From Octopus sinensis (Eukaryota), in assembly GCF_006345805.1 (NCBI RefSeq), contig NC_043005.1, positions 102,920,001 to 102,984,000 on the forward strand: a stretch of 64,000 nt of DNA, in the 5' to 3' direction. The first letter of the stretch is position 1. Every line of letters starts with the position of its first letter. The notes under the pieces are model-generated. The model ran no database searches and was not told the origin of the DNA. It saw only the letters and a program-made list of their open reading frames with translations. The translations under genes and the position numbers were made by a program. Of this stretch, positions 25,545 to 36,400 are shown in pieces.

Positions 25545-25860
25545 AATATGAATTAGAGAGAAAACCACTATTATGCAACTCAAACACTGATAGACATAAA
25601 CCAATACATAAATAACAAATAATATATATAATTAATATAATATATAATATATATACTATAAATATTTTTTTCAGGAATGATAAATATAATATAATAAGTA
25701 AAAACACTACGTACGTTTCATGGCTATAATTAAATTCGAATTACAAATAATTTTAAATTCAATTGAAATACATTCGAATTAAAATTATAGTCAATCTTCA
25801 GGTTAATGATAATAGTTAAATAAATAAGCAAAGTTTAACAATATTTATTTAAGAAATATA
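25545..25860. repeat. Solo arm of the 3270-3978 fold-back family
   Basis: atatgaattagagaaaaaccactattatgcaactcaaacactgatagac..gtacgtttcatggctataattaaattcgaatt..gtcaatcttcaggttaatgataatag. Separated from the LINE tail by (TA)n. Confidence 0.85.
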
Positions 25861-26242
25861 TAAAATAATAATAATTATTATTATTATTATTAACATATAT
25901 ATAAGGGAAACAAAATGACTGAGACTACATGTAGTTCAGGGGACCTTTTCCTCTAATCGTTTTGTATTGGTAGACTCATCCATTAAATTTTGTAGAGATA
26001 TGATATATTTATCATTACTTTGCCCACCACAAAAGTCAGCATTTCCCACCGAAATAATTAAATACTTTCAGATCCGGTAGGTTAATATCTACTAAATATC
26101 CTAAAATACCGTGCTTTAATATTGAACCCAAGATCACGTTGTTGAGAAGGAATCATAATATATGCTCGTGTTTTCCTCTACATAGATGCATATCACCTGC
26201 TGCGCATGTGCGCGTGTTTGCATTTATGAGTATGCGTACGTC

Positions 26243-26323
<81 letters not shown>

Positions 26324-27374
26324 GTGTGTGTGTGTGTGTGTATGTGTGTATGTAAATATATATATATATATATATGCACATATATATATATGTATATATA
26401 TATGTTTGTATGCATATGCTATATATACATATGCGTATATATGCATATATATATATATATATATATACATACATATATATATATACATATATATATACAT
26501 GCATACACATTTACACACACATAGATATATACATACACCCATATACATGTGTCCATGTGTGTGTTCGTGTGCGTTAGTGTGTTTGTAAACACACAAAATA
26601 TATGCGCAAAATGAACATAAATAATTTATTTATTCGTATAAGCACACACAGACACACACACATACATACATACATATTTGCAAATATAGACCTACATTAT
26701 ATACGCTCAAGTGAGCACAAAGATAGACTCGACGCATGTTTCAAGTATAAACACCAATCTACATGTGATTAATCTATTGAATTTATACGCAGGTAATTAC
26801 GAAGTTAAACTCGAGAATTACACACAGCGTCTGATCATGCATAGATTTCGTAATTTGATTTTTTACCCGAGGTGATTAGATTAAAGTATGTTCGGCATGA
26901 CAAATCGTTCAAGCTAAGACTTTCGTTTTCGTTATAATTACATTAGAACAGCAACGTGGCTTTTCTAAAGACAGGCCACACGTTAGCACTTCAGCAACGA
27001 CTGCACTGTGTTTATAACGCTACTGGTAATAATAATAACCTAGAATGTTAATCAGCATGGTTATATTTGCGAAAACGAATAACAACAACTATGAGAGCAA
27101 AGCAGGACATAGTCACCGATATTTGTGGATATTTTATGTCTTAAAGTAGTGCCTAATGGAAGAAATTTTCATGCACGTCAAAGTAAGATAACTAAATATG
27201 TCTGTATAGAAATAGGCGAATATTAAATACTTCAGTTGTTTCCAAGTATCGTATCGCATCAACTTGATGCTCAAAACTGCTAGGATCATTCCTGCGTAAG
27301 GCACTGCTACATTTCATCACGTTCTACGACGGTTACAGAAGAAACTACACCTGTATGAATTAGGACACTATAAA

Positions 27375-27601
27375 GAGAGCTGGCAGAAACGTTACCACGC
27401 CAGGAGAATTGCTGATCGGTATTTCGTCTGCCGCTACGTTCTGAGTTCAAATTCCGCCGATGTCGACTTTACCTTTCATCCTTTCGGGGTCGATAAATTA
27501 AGTACCAGTTACGCACTGGGGTCGATATAATCGACTTAATCCGTTTGTCTGTCCTTGTTTGTCCCCTCTATGTTTAGCCCCTTGTGGGCAATAAAGAAAT
27601 A
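27375..27601 (+). mobile_element. SINE family B, near full length
   Basis: gagctggcagaaacgttaccacgcc..gtatttcgtctgccgctacgttctgagttcaaattccgccga..gtttagccccttgtgggcaataaagaaata. Confidence 0.85.
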
Positions 27602-27715
27602 CATATATTATTTAACAGTTTTACTTAGCTTCATACAATTTATATATGGTTATGTATATGTATATATACACACATACGTACACAAACACGTACATGCATA
27701 CACATGCATACATAC

Positions 27716-28142
27716 ATTCTGTCCTTGTTTGTCCTCTCTGTGTTTAGCCCCTTGTGGGTAGTAAAGAAGTATTTCATCGGCTGCTACGTTCTGAGTTCAA
27801 ATTCCGCCGAGGTCAACTTGGCCTTTCATCCTTTCGGGATCGATTAAATAAGTACCAGTTACACACTGGGGTCATTGTAATCGAATTAGTCCCTTTGTTT
27901 GTCCTTGTTTGTCCTCTCTGTGTTTAGCCCCTTGTGGGCAATAAAGAAATAAGTATTTCATCTGCTGCTACGTTCTGAGTTCAAATTCCGTCGAGGTCTA
28001 CTTTGGCTTTCATCCTTTCGTGGTCTACTAAATAAGTACCAGTTACGCATTGGGGTCGGGGTAATCGAATTAGTCCCTTTGTCTGTCCTTCTTTGTTCCC
28101 GCTATGTTTAGCCCCTTGTGGGCAATAAAGAAATAAGTATTT
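27716..28142 (+). repeat. Head-to-tail tandem of 5'-truncated SINE B, 184-bp period
   Basis: Units start at gtattt at 27769, 27953 and 28137, preceded by a 3' stub at 27716-27768. Confidence 0.85.
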
Positions 28143-28732
28143 GGTGTTTCCATCCGCTTCAAACAGTAGTCATTTCCTTCTGGTAATATTCAACTTGATA
28201 GAAAAAGGAAAAAAATAATACCATCGAGTTAAATATGATCGGGGTTTCAATCTTCGAGAAATATCGACCAAATCTCCGCTGGATCGGTGTTGACCTAGAT
28301 ATAAAACAACAACAATAATGACAGCAACAATAGTAACGCAAACTGCGACAAAAACACCAACAATGAAGAGCAGTATAAAACGTTTATTATGCATATCAAA
28401 TAGACATTACGATATCATGAGATTTAAAGGGACATTACTCATTAAATATCTCATCTATCAAATGGGGTTTGTAGACGCGAGTTTTAATCTCAATTTGAGG
28501 ATGTCTTGTCAATCACAAGTGTAACATCTCCAGCTAATACAGTGGAAGCTATTGCCTCTTTCCCTAACCTAATTATACACTATTACGGTAAAGCCTACTC
28601 ACACCCACCACACCTAGTCTTACGCACAAGAATTCAAATACACTTACATATATATGTGGGCGGAGTAATAGTGCGTAATTAGGTTGCGAGTGTGTGAAAT
28701 ATAAATCTTGGTGTATTATGTATGTATATATA

Positions 28733-28781
<49 letters not shown>

Positions 28782-29659
28782 TGTATGTATATCTAAATGT
28801 ATATATATACATGCATATATATATATATATATGTATATGATTGTGTATATATATATATATATATATATAAAGAGAGAGAGAGAGATATATATATAAAGAG
28901 ACATAAGGACAGACAAACACACAGGGTATTGACGTTAGAGATTCTCAAATTCTTGTCTAAATTAGACATTTGTACATTTTTACTCTTCTTTTGTTCTTTC
29001 TATCAAATATTTAAATTAGCCACTCGGAAAGCATTGCATATTCACACTAAAACCCGACAGAGAGGATTAGGATAAGTCACAGGACACTTACGGCCCCTTC
29101 TTCCTGCCTAGTTGATTAGAAAGTAATTCGTTTGTCATGCATTCTCAAAATGCGCTTTTGTCGCTACAAGTGGGCGGACGGAGTGTTAGAGCTCAAATAT
29201 ATGCATATGACACCTAGCGCGAACATAATTTCCGTGTGCAGATAAACCGATAGCAGTGATCAGTGCGTCCACATCTATTCTTTACTTCACTTGACCTTAT
29301 TATTAAACTGTGTGTTTTGTGTATAGAATTTTCAGTGCATTATTCATAAGCAATGTTTTGAAAACGCTATCAGGGATACGCTTGTTTTATATTATTTTTT
29401 AATGGTAAATAAGATGTTTCGATTAGAATAATGTTAAAGTAAACCATACCAGCAAAAAAAATAATCTCAAATATCCAAAATCTTTGAAAGTTTAAAAAGT
29501 TTAAACGCCCTTCCACAGGTACCAAAATGTACGCCTACCTCAACCGACCTCTAATCAAATGTATTTCAGGTGAAGAATAAAACCCACGTCGTTTTGAGCA
29601 TTATTTTAACTATGCCACTTGACTTATGTATGAGTGCATATATATGAGGCTCTGTGTAA

Positions 29660-29984
29660 GTATGCTGTTTGTAACTTCTCGAGCCACGCCTGGCTCATAG
29701 GGCCGGTTTCCCGGTTTCCTTGGCGTATAGGTTCCCCACGTGGACGGACACCGGTCAATCGCTGGTGGGATGCAAGATACAGGAGGAGAGAGTGAGAGAA
29801 AGTTGTGCCGAAAGAGTCAGTAGAAGTTCGCCATTACCTTCTGCTGGAGCCGCGTGGAGCTTAGGTGTTTCGCTCATAAACACACATATCGCCCGGTCTG
29901 AAATTCGAACCCGTGATCCCTCGACCGCGAGCTCGCTGCTCTAACCACTAGGCCATATATTTCCACTAGGCCATGTGCCTCCAC
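29660..29984 (-). mobile_element. tRNA-derived SINE family D, full length, duplicated A-box
   Basis: Reverse complement: gtggaggcacaTGGCCTAGTGGaaatataTGGCCTAGTGGttagagcagcg..gggTTCGAAtttcagacc..ctccacgcggctccagcagaagg..ggaaaccggccctatgagccaggcgtggctcgagaag. Confidence 0.85.
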
Positions 29985-30859
29985 CTGTGTAAGTATAAGG
30001 GTATATATAATTTGCTTGACAAAGTATTAATTCGGCCAATCGCAGAAACAGTATTGCATGCAAATACGTCTGCTGCCTTTATTTCATATATCGGATGCAT
30101 TATTCTGTTGCTGTAACGCTCGTCATAATTTGTAAATCGGTTAATTTTACCCTCGCAGTGGGAACAACAATTTAAATAATTAGTCATTCTGCATCGTTGC
30201 TCCACCTTTCGAGAAATATAAGCCATATTTTCCCCCAAATAACACCTTGCCATTTTAAAAAGAAAAAAGATAAGACGAAAGATTGTATACTGCAAAGTGG
30301 GTTACACAATTTCAAATAAAGTCAGTGTTGATTTAGCCTTGGGTATCAGTAACAGTAACTACCAGATCAAATGCTTAATTCTTAAAACTAATAACAAATT
30401 AAATCTTTCAGGAGAAATATCGCCAATATCAAATACTCTATCAGTGCCATGATAAATATGGAAATGAAAACCCAATATGAATAGATGAATAGAAATTTTT
30501 CTTTGAGTCAAAATCCATAATATTATTGAATTAACGGACATCTATAAAAGTGTATTTAAACGGTAATTCAAACGATCGGTAGAAAATGAATAATTTTTAT
30601 AATATAAAACCCAAGTGATAAGATCAAAATATTTGTTATTAAGGACAAATTTGGATACGTCATAAAAATTTAACTAGTTATTTATGAGAGAAAATTTAAA
30701 GGCACTACAAAATCTAAAACTTTTCACCTCAGAAAAAGTTAATAAAAACATATTTAAAATCGATATAATTGTTGATGTGTAGCTTCAATCTAGACTTGAT
30801 CACGGATAAACCTTCCAACAATCATCACCAATTTTGTTTTCTATTTTTTTCCACTCCTA

Positions 30860-31570
30860 GTGTATCCACGACAGCACTTATCCTTTTCTCTTGTTTTTTG
30901 CACACCAGCATCTTGTATGTTTAGGCCCAGTGTATCATAGTTTGATTTCATAGGCAGCTTGCATTACCGGAAATGATATTTCGGGTTTAATATATTCTTT
31001 TTCCTTCCTGCTAGAAAAAGAAGACATCTCAGATATTATCTGTCCAACGTTTCATACCGGAGAATTCTCTGTGCAATCAGTTAGTTTGTTTGCTTCTGTG
31101 GGCCTAAATAGTACGGATAATATGGAGACCCTAGTATAGAGGCACAGCAGACTTTCACAGATTTTAGTTACGTTATCTATGAAGATTTGGAGCTGAAGAA
31201 CCGAAGTAATACTGATGTAATACTTGAAGTAATACTGATGTAATACTTGAAGTAATACTGATGTAATACTTGAAGTAATACTTGAAATACTGATGTATTC
31301 AGGGATGCTTGAACACTGTATTTAGCAGTTAAGGGTTCTTGATGAATAATTCATTAATTTAGCTTTAAATTGACGCCGACTGCTTCCTACGTACTTCCCT
31401 GTATTCCAGTTCGGTGTACCATCATTTGCACCAAACTCTGTCATATGCACGTCCGTTGTACAAACATAAGATATACATTCTGGAGAATCACAACGTAGTT
31501 TTCCATGAGTGAGAGAATTTAAAGTGTCAGGTCTCTTAGGGTTCGGTTCAAAAATGAAATGCACTATATT
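30860..31570 (-). mobile_element. Possible highly decayed RTE-clade LINE remnant
   Basis: Weak minus-strand motifs: RTLRDLTL*ILSLMENY, CLYNGRAYDRVW (cf. CFIDYxKAFDRVW) and TLGLNIQDA. Heavily broken. Confidence 0.35.
31203..31300. repeat. 23-bp minisatellite (gaagtaatactgatgtaatactt) x3 plus partial copies
   Basis: Direct reading. Confidence 0.9.
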
Positions 31571-32139
31571 TATGCATTGTTTGTAACACAGTTTATCTTT
31601 AAACTACGGATTGCAGTACTTTAATAAAAATGCTGAATAATTATATGCAGAAATCAGAGATAATTATCCAACAGTTTGAGAATATACCACAAATAAGTAA
31701 TAATTATTAAATACAATGTTTAGTAGTTCCAAAATCCTTTCCTTGAGGACTCCAGAGGAATTTGATCAGCCTGGCAGTTTCATCGGGTTTACTATCCACA
31801 GTTATCTCTGGTTATTATTGGTCTTTTTTAAGAGCACAAGCTCACACAAGAAGGTAGGCAGTTCCGCTGAAAATAAATGTCATCTGAAGGCACATGGCAT
31901 TTTTCCACAAAAATCTGACAGAAAACAGTGACTTGACCTTTTGCTGTTGTCTTTAGTGTCCCATTAACCTGAAAATCAGAGTTGTGAGAGTTGATCTGTT
32001 CTTTCAGAGACCGACAGAAGGACGGAGATAGATAGATAGATAGATAGATAGAGAGATAGATAGATAGATAGATAAATAGAAAAGGATATGCAGACAGCCA
32101 AGAAGATAAGCAGATATGTATTTGTGTATCAGTGTGCAC

Positions 32140-33480
32140 GCATACAGTCATACATACATTCATACATGCATTCATACATACATACATACATACATACATT
32201 CATGCATAATACATACATACATTCATACATACATATATACGTTCATACATACATACATTCATACATACATACATACATACATACATTCATACATTCATAC
32301 ATACATACATACATACATACATTCATACATACATACATTCATACATACATACATACATTCATACATACATACATACATTCATGCATAATACATACATACA
32401 TTCATAGATACATATATACGTTCATACATACATACATACATACATACATTCATACATTCATACATACATACATACATACATACATACATTCATACATACA
32501 TACATTCATACATAATACATACATTCATACATACATACATACATTCATGCATAATACATACATACATTCATACATACATATATACGTTCATACATACATA
32601 CAGACATACATACATACATACATTCATACATTCATACATACATACATACATACATACATACATACATTCATACATACATACATTCATACATACATACATA
32701 CATTCATACATACATACATACATTCATGCATAATACATACATACATTCATACATACATATATACGTTCATACATACATACATACATACATACATACATTC
32801 ATACATACATACATACATACATACATACATTCACACATACATACATTCATACATACATACATTCATACATACATACATACATTCATGCATAATACATACA
32901 TACATTCATACATACATACATACATTCATGCATAATACATACATACATTCATACATACATATATACGTTCATACATACATACATACATACATACATACAT
33001 TCATACATTCATACATACATACATACATACATACATACATACATTCATACATACATACATTCATACATACATACATACATTCATACATACATACATACAT
33101 TCATGCATAATACATACATACATTCATACATACATATATACGTTCATACATACATACATACATACATACATACATACATTCATACATTCATACATACATA
33201 CATACATACATACATACATTCATACATACATACATTCATACATACATACATACATTCATACATACATACATACATTCATGCATAATACATACATACATAC
33301 ATACATAGATTCATACATACATACATACATACATTCATACATACATACATACATACATACATACATAATACATAAATACATACATACATACATACATACA
33401 TACATTCATTCATACATACATACATACATACATACATACAGTCATACATACATACATGCATACATACATACATAAACACA
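32140..33480. repeat. ~1.3-kb compound (TACA/TTCA)n satellite with higher-order landmarks
   Basis: The landmark tcatgcataatacatacatacattcatacatacatatatacgttcatac recurs about five times among TACA/TTCA tetramers. Confidence 0.9.
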
Positions 33481-33623
33481 CACACACACATAAAGAGAGA
33501 GAGAGAGAGAAAGAAAGAGGGAAATACAGAGAAGGAGAGAGAGAGAGGGAGACGCGTATATGCATATTATTTTGAAAAAGTGATAGTGAGATGAGTTACA
33601 TAGAGCGTGAGGTAGGATGATAG

Positions 33624-33660
<37 letters not shown>

Positions 33661-34756
33661 AAGAGAAAGATCTTTACATGCATGGATAATTAGAGATGTG
33701 CAATGTAGCTAATTCGATTATTTGTCAAAGAAATTTGAGGAATCTTTCTCCTACTTTAGACGGATTCTAATAATAGTCTCTTAGGTTTGCTGATGTTTAA
33801 AACTACTGGGTGAATGAATGGATCTATTTGATACGAATGTTGACAGGCGGTTTCAAGTCTATGAAGACATCCTGTTTGAATGAATTGCCTACTCACCTAT
33901 TCATTAAAGACTTGTTCTCGACAGGTCAGAAGTTATGCGATAAAGAATGTCTCATTTGACTTGTATAACCAATCACAACGTTATCTTCGTTTGGAAAGCT
34001 TTTGTGTTGGACACAAGAAAGCAAGTAATAAGGTAGTTGAATGGGTGGACTGAAGTACATTGACAAGAGTGGCGTGTGTGTATGGCGGGGTGTGAGGAGA
34101 AAGAAGCGAAATTGAAAGGAATAGATTAAAAGAGGAATTGAGAAATTGGAATGAAGATGATTTAGCAACGAATATCGGGAAAACAGCCGGCTTCTATTCA
34201 CACGTAGGAAAAAATAAATTGAGTGATTTCTTCAAATTGTACATGCATCAAAAATTGAATTAGTTAAGTATTCCCTGAAGTTTTACTAACAAACCTTAAT
34301 GAGACATATAAATTCTAAGATGGACAGAGAGCTACAGGGTGTGGAGGAATGTTGAAAAAGTGTGGCCTTCATTATTTGACTGTGGTGTTTTATTGACCTC
34401 AAAATGGAAAAGAGCGAATCGACTTTATTGTGATTTTAAATCAAAACGTGAATGGATTCTATACTCCATTGATATAATAAACGTATTTTTTTTTCAATAA
34501 AACATATTTTGCATGTGTGTGGTGTATGCGTTGTGAGATTATTTTGAAAAATTGACATACACATATACACGCATGTATATATGAATGTGTGTGTGTGTGT
34601 GTGTGTTGCAAGATTTCAAATGTGAAGTCGTGTTTTGAAACAGATTTGTATTTGGGATAGTAGTTTTCTTTTCTTTTTTGTTTGCCAAATAAATACACGC
34701 ACTATGTATTCGTTTTTTACTCATTTTTTACTGTTCGTAGTCTAACACATGTCCAT

Positions 34757-34801
34757 TGTCCAGAAATCTTTCGTCACACGTCTGTGACCTCTTCAGTGAC
34801 A
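34757..34801 (-). ncRNA. Minimal type-I hammerhead ribozyme candidate, canonical core
   Basis: Reverse complement: tgtca-CTGAAGA-G-GTCACA gacg TGTGAC-GAAA-GATT-TC-tggaca. Stem I tgtca/tggaca has one bulge, stem II is 6 bp, stem III AGAUUU is self-complementary in a dimer, and the triplet is UUC. Confidence 0.65.
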
Positions 34802-34947
34802 CCTTCCGTCTTAGTGTGTGCTCATGCTCAGCTTTATTATTATAATTATTATTTTGCCTATTCTGTTCCATTCTATTCTTTTATGATAGAAGAACAGAAT
34901 GGAACAAGCAGAATAAGAGCACACACGAAGACGAAACGTGTCGCCGA

Positions 34948-34993
34948 AGAAGGTCACAGATGTGTAACGAAAGTTTTCCGGACAATGCACAGA
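34948..34993 (+). ncRNA. Degenerate hammerhead-like motif in the opposite arm
   Basis: tgtcg-CCGAAGA-A-ggtcacagatgtgtaac-GAAA-gttttc-cggaca. U4 is C and stem II is disrupted. Confidence 0.4.
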
Positions 34994-35090
34994 AGTCAAA
35001 ATAAGAACAGTAATAAACGAGTGAAAAACAAATTCATAGTGCGTGTGTTTATTTGGCAAAAGAGAAAACTGACCATACCGAAATACAACA

Positions 35091-35125
<35 letters not shown>

Positions 35126-35161
35126 AATATGTATATATATATATATATATACATATATATG

Positions 35162-35234
<73 letters not shown>

Positions 35235-35245
35235 TATATATATAT

Positions 35246-35313
<68 letters not shown>

Positions 35314-35361
35314 GTATATATGTGTATATATATATATACTGTTGTATTTCGGTATGGTCAG

Positions 35362-35407
<46 letters not shown>

Positions 35408-35438
35408 TATATATATATATATATATACATATATATAT

Positions 35439-35897
35439 TGTTATGCCGCACTCGGAATCCCGAAACCACCTGCAGTCTGTTACCGATGCCTCTAGAGACC
35501 GTGTAAGCAAACCCACAAAACCAACTTGCTTAGAGCGGAAGAAACGGTTGTTAAAGGATTCAGAAGAGTTGAAAATAAATAAACCGTTGAATATAACCAA
35601 AGCACAAGAACTTTAATTAAGAGGCCAATAACATTTATCGAATAACTAAACAGTTCTTTAGAGATTGTAGGGAGTTCTTTCATTTACCTCTTCTTTTATT
35701 CGCTAGTCTAATGATTTATTCTCTATTTTTATCACTCTTTTTTTCCGATTGGACGTTCGTTACTTCCGAATTCACGATACCATTCCGCCACAAAGATTTT
35801 TTTTTTTCGTCTTCGTTTGCAAACCCAGAGAGCGATATTCAAATTCGCGTCGTAGGAACGATAAATTATCTGAATATAAGTGTTTTCTTTCGTAACA
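35439..35897 (-). mobile_element. 459-bp LTR (3' LTR of a Ty3/Gypsy element)
   Basis: The minus strand starts TGTTACG and ends CATAACA (TGTTA/TAACA terminal IR). A polypurine tract agggagtggggag lies immediately upstream (35898-35910). Confidence 0.8.
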
Positions 35898-36400
35898 CTC
35901 CCCACTCCCTAAGTCTTTATCGACCCGACCAAAGCACACAGCATTTACAACTCTTCGTTAAACTTACACGAAATAATCTTTGGGTTTATAGGGTTCTTTT
36001 TTCTTTCCGCTTCTGAGGGCATTGTTTTTCTCCAATTGGATCCATTTCCACTGGCATCGCAAGTTTTTCGTTCTATTTATTTGTATTTTGGGCTTGCTTC
36101 TTCCTCTCGTAGTTCTCTCTTACAGTGGCTGTCTTGCTCCTGCTCTTATTCTCCTTGGTCCTCTTCAGTACCCGATCTATGAGGCGCTTGAATGCTGCAG
36201 GGACATTGCACAAGCCGCATGGCGTTACTTTGAACTCTTACAAACTCCATCAATATCGAAATGATGCCAAGTAGTCCTAACCCAAGACACACTGATTTTC
36301 CATCTCCACGGCAAACATAGGAAGCACGAACTCTTGTCCTGCAACTTCAATCAGGATATTAAGCGGCCCTCTCAGCTTAGTACAGATGATAAATTATCTG
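35898..36400 (-). mobile_element. Internally deleted Ty3/Gypsy pol remnant plus PPT
   Basis: Minus strand: protease-like GPLNILIEVAGQEFVLPMFAVEMENQCVLG*DYL (36375-36258), then EFKVTPCGLCNVPAAFKRLIDRVL (36238-36167; cf. EFKVMPFGLCNAPATFQRLMDRVL), then a K/R-rich stretch and the PPT. Confidence 0.75.

Larger units (their letters stand above)
34660..35092. mobile_element. Head-to-head inverted element with two hammerhead-like motifs; relative of the 51-54.6 kb array
   Basis: Termini tttgccaaataaatacacgcactatg / catagtgcgtgtgtttatttggcaaa..gaccataccgaaatacaacag are homologous to the array termini (aataaaaacacacgcactat, gaccattccgaaatataacaat). An extra inverted end stub lies at 35337-35366 across (TA)n. 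Confidence 0.8.

Noticed and set aside
28170-28394. ORF with a hydrophobic transmembrane-like segment
   Set aside because: The hydrophobic run derives from a degenerate (GTT/ATT) trinucleotide tract.
32088-33110. 340-aa HTYI-repeat ORF and the many [12 protein letters not shown] ORFs
   Set aside because: Stop-free translations of (TACA)n, (TA)n and (TG)n microsatellites.
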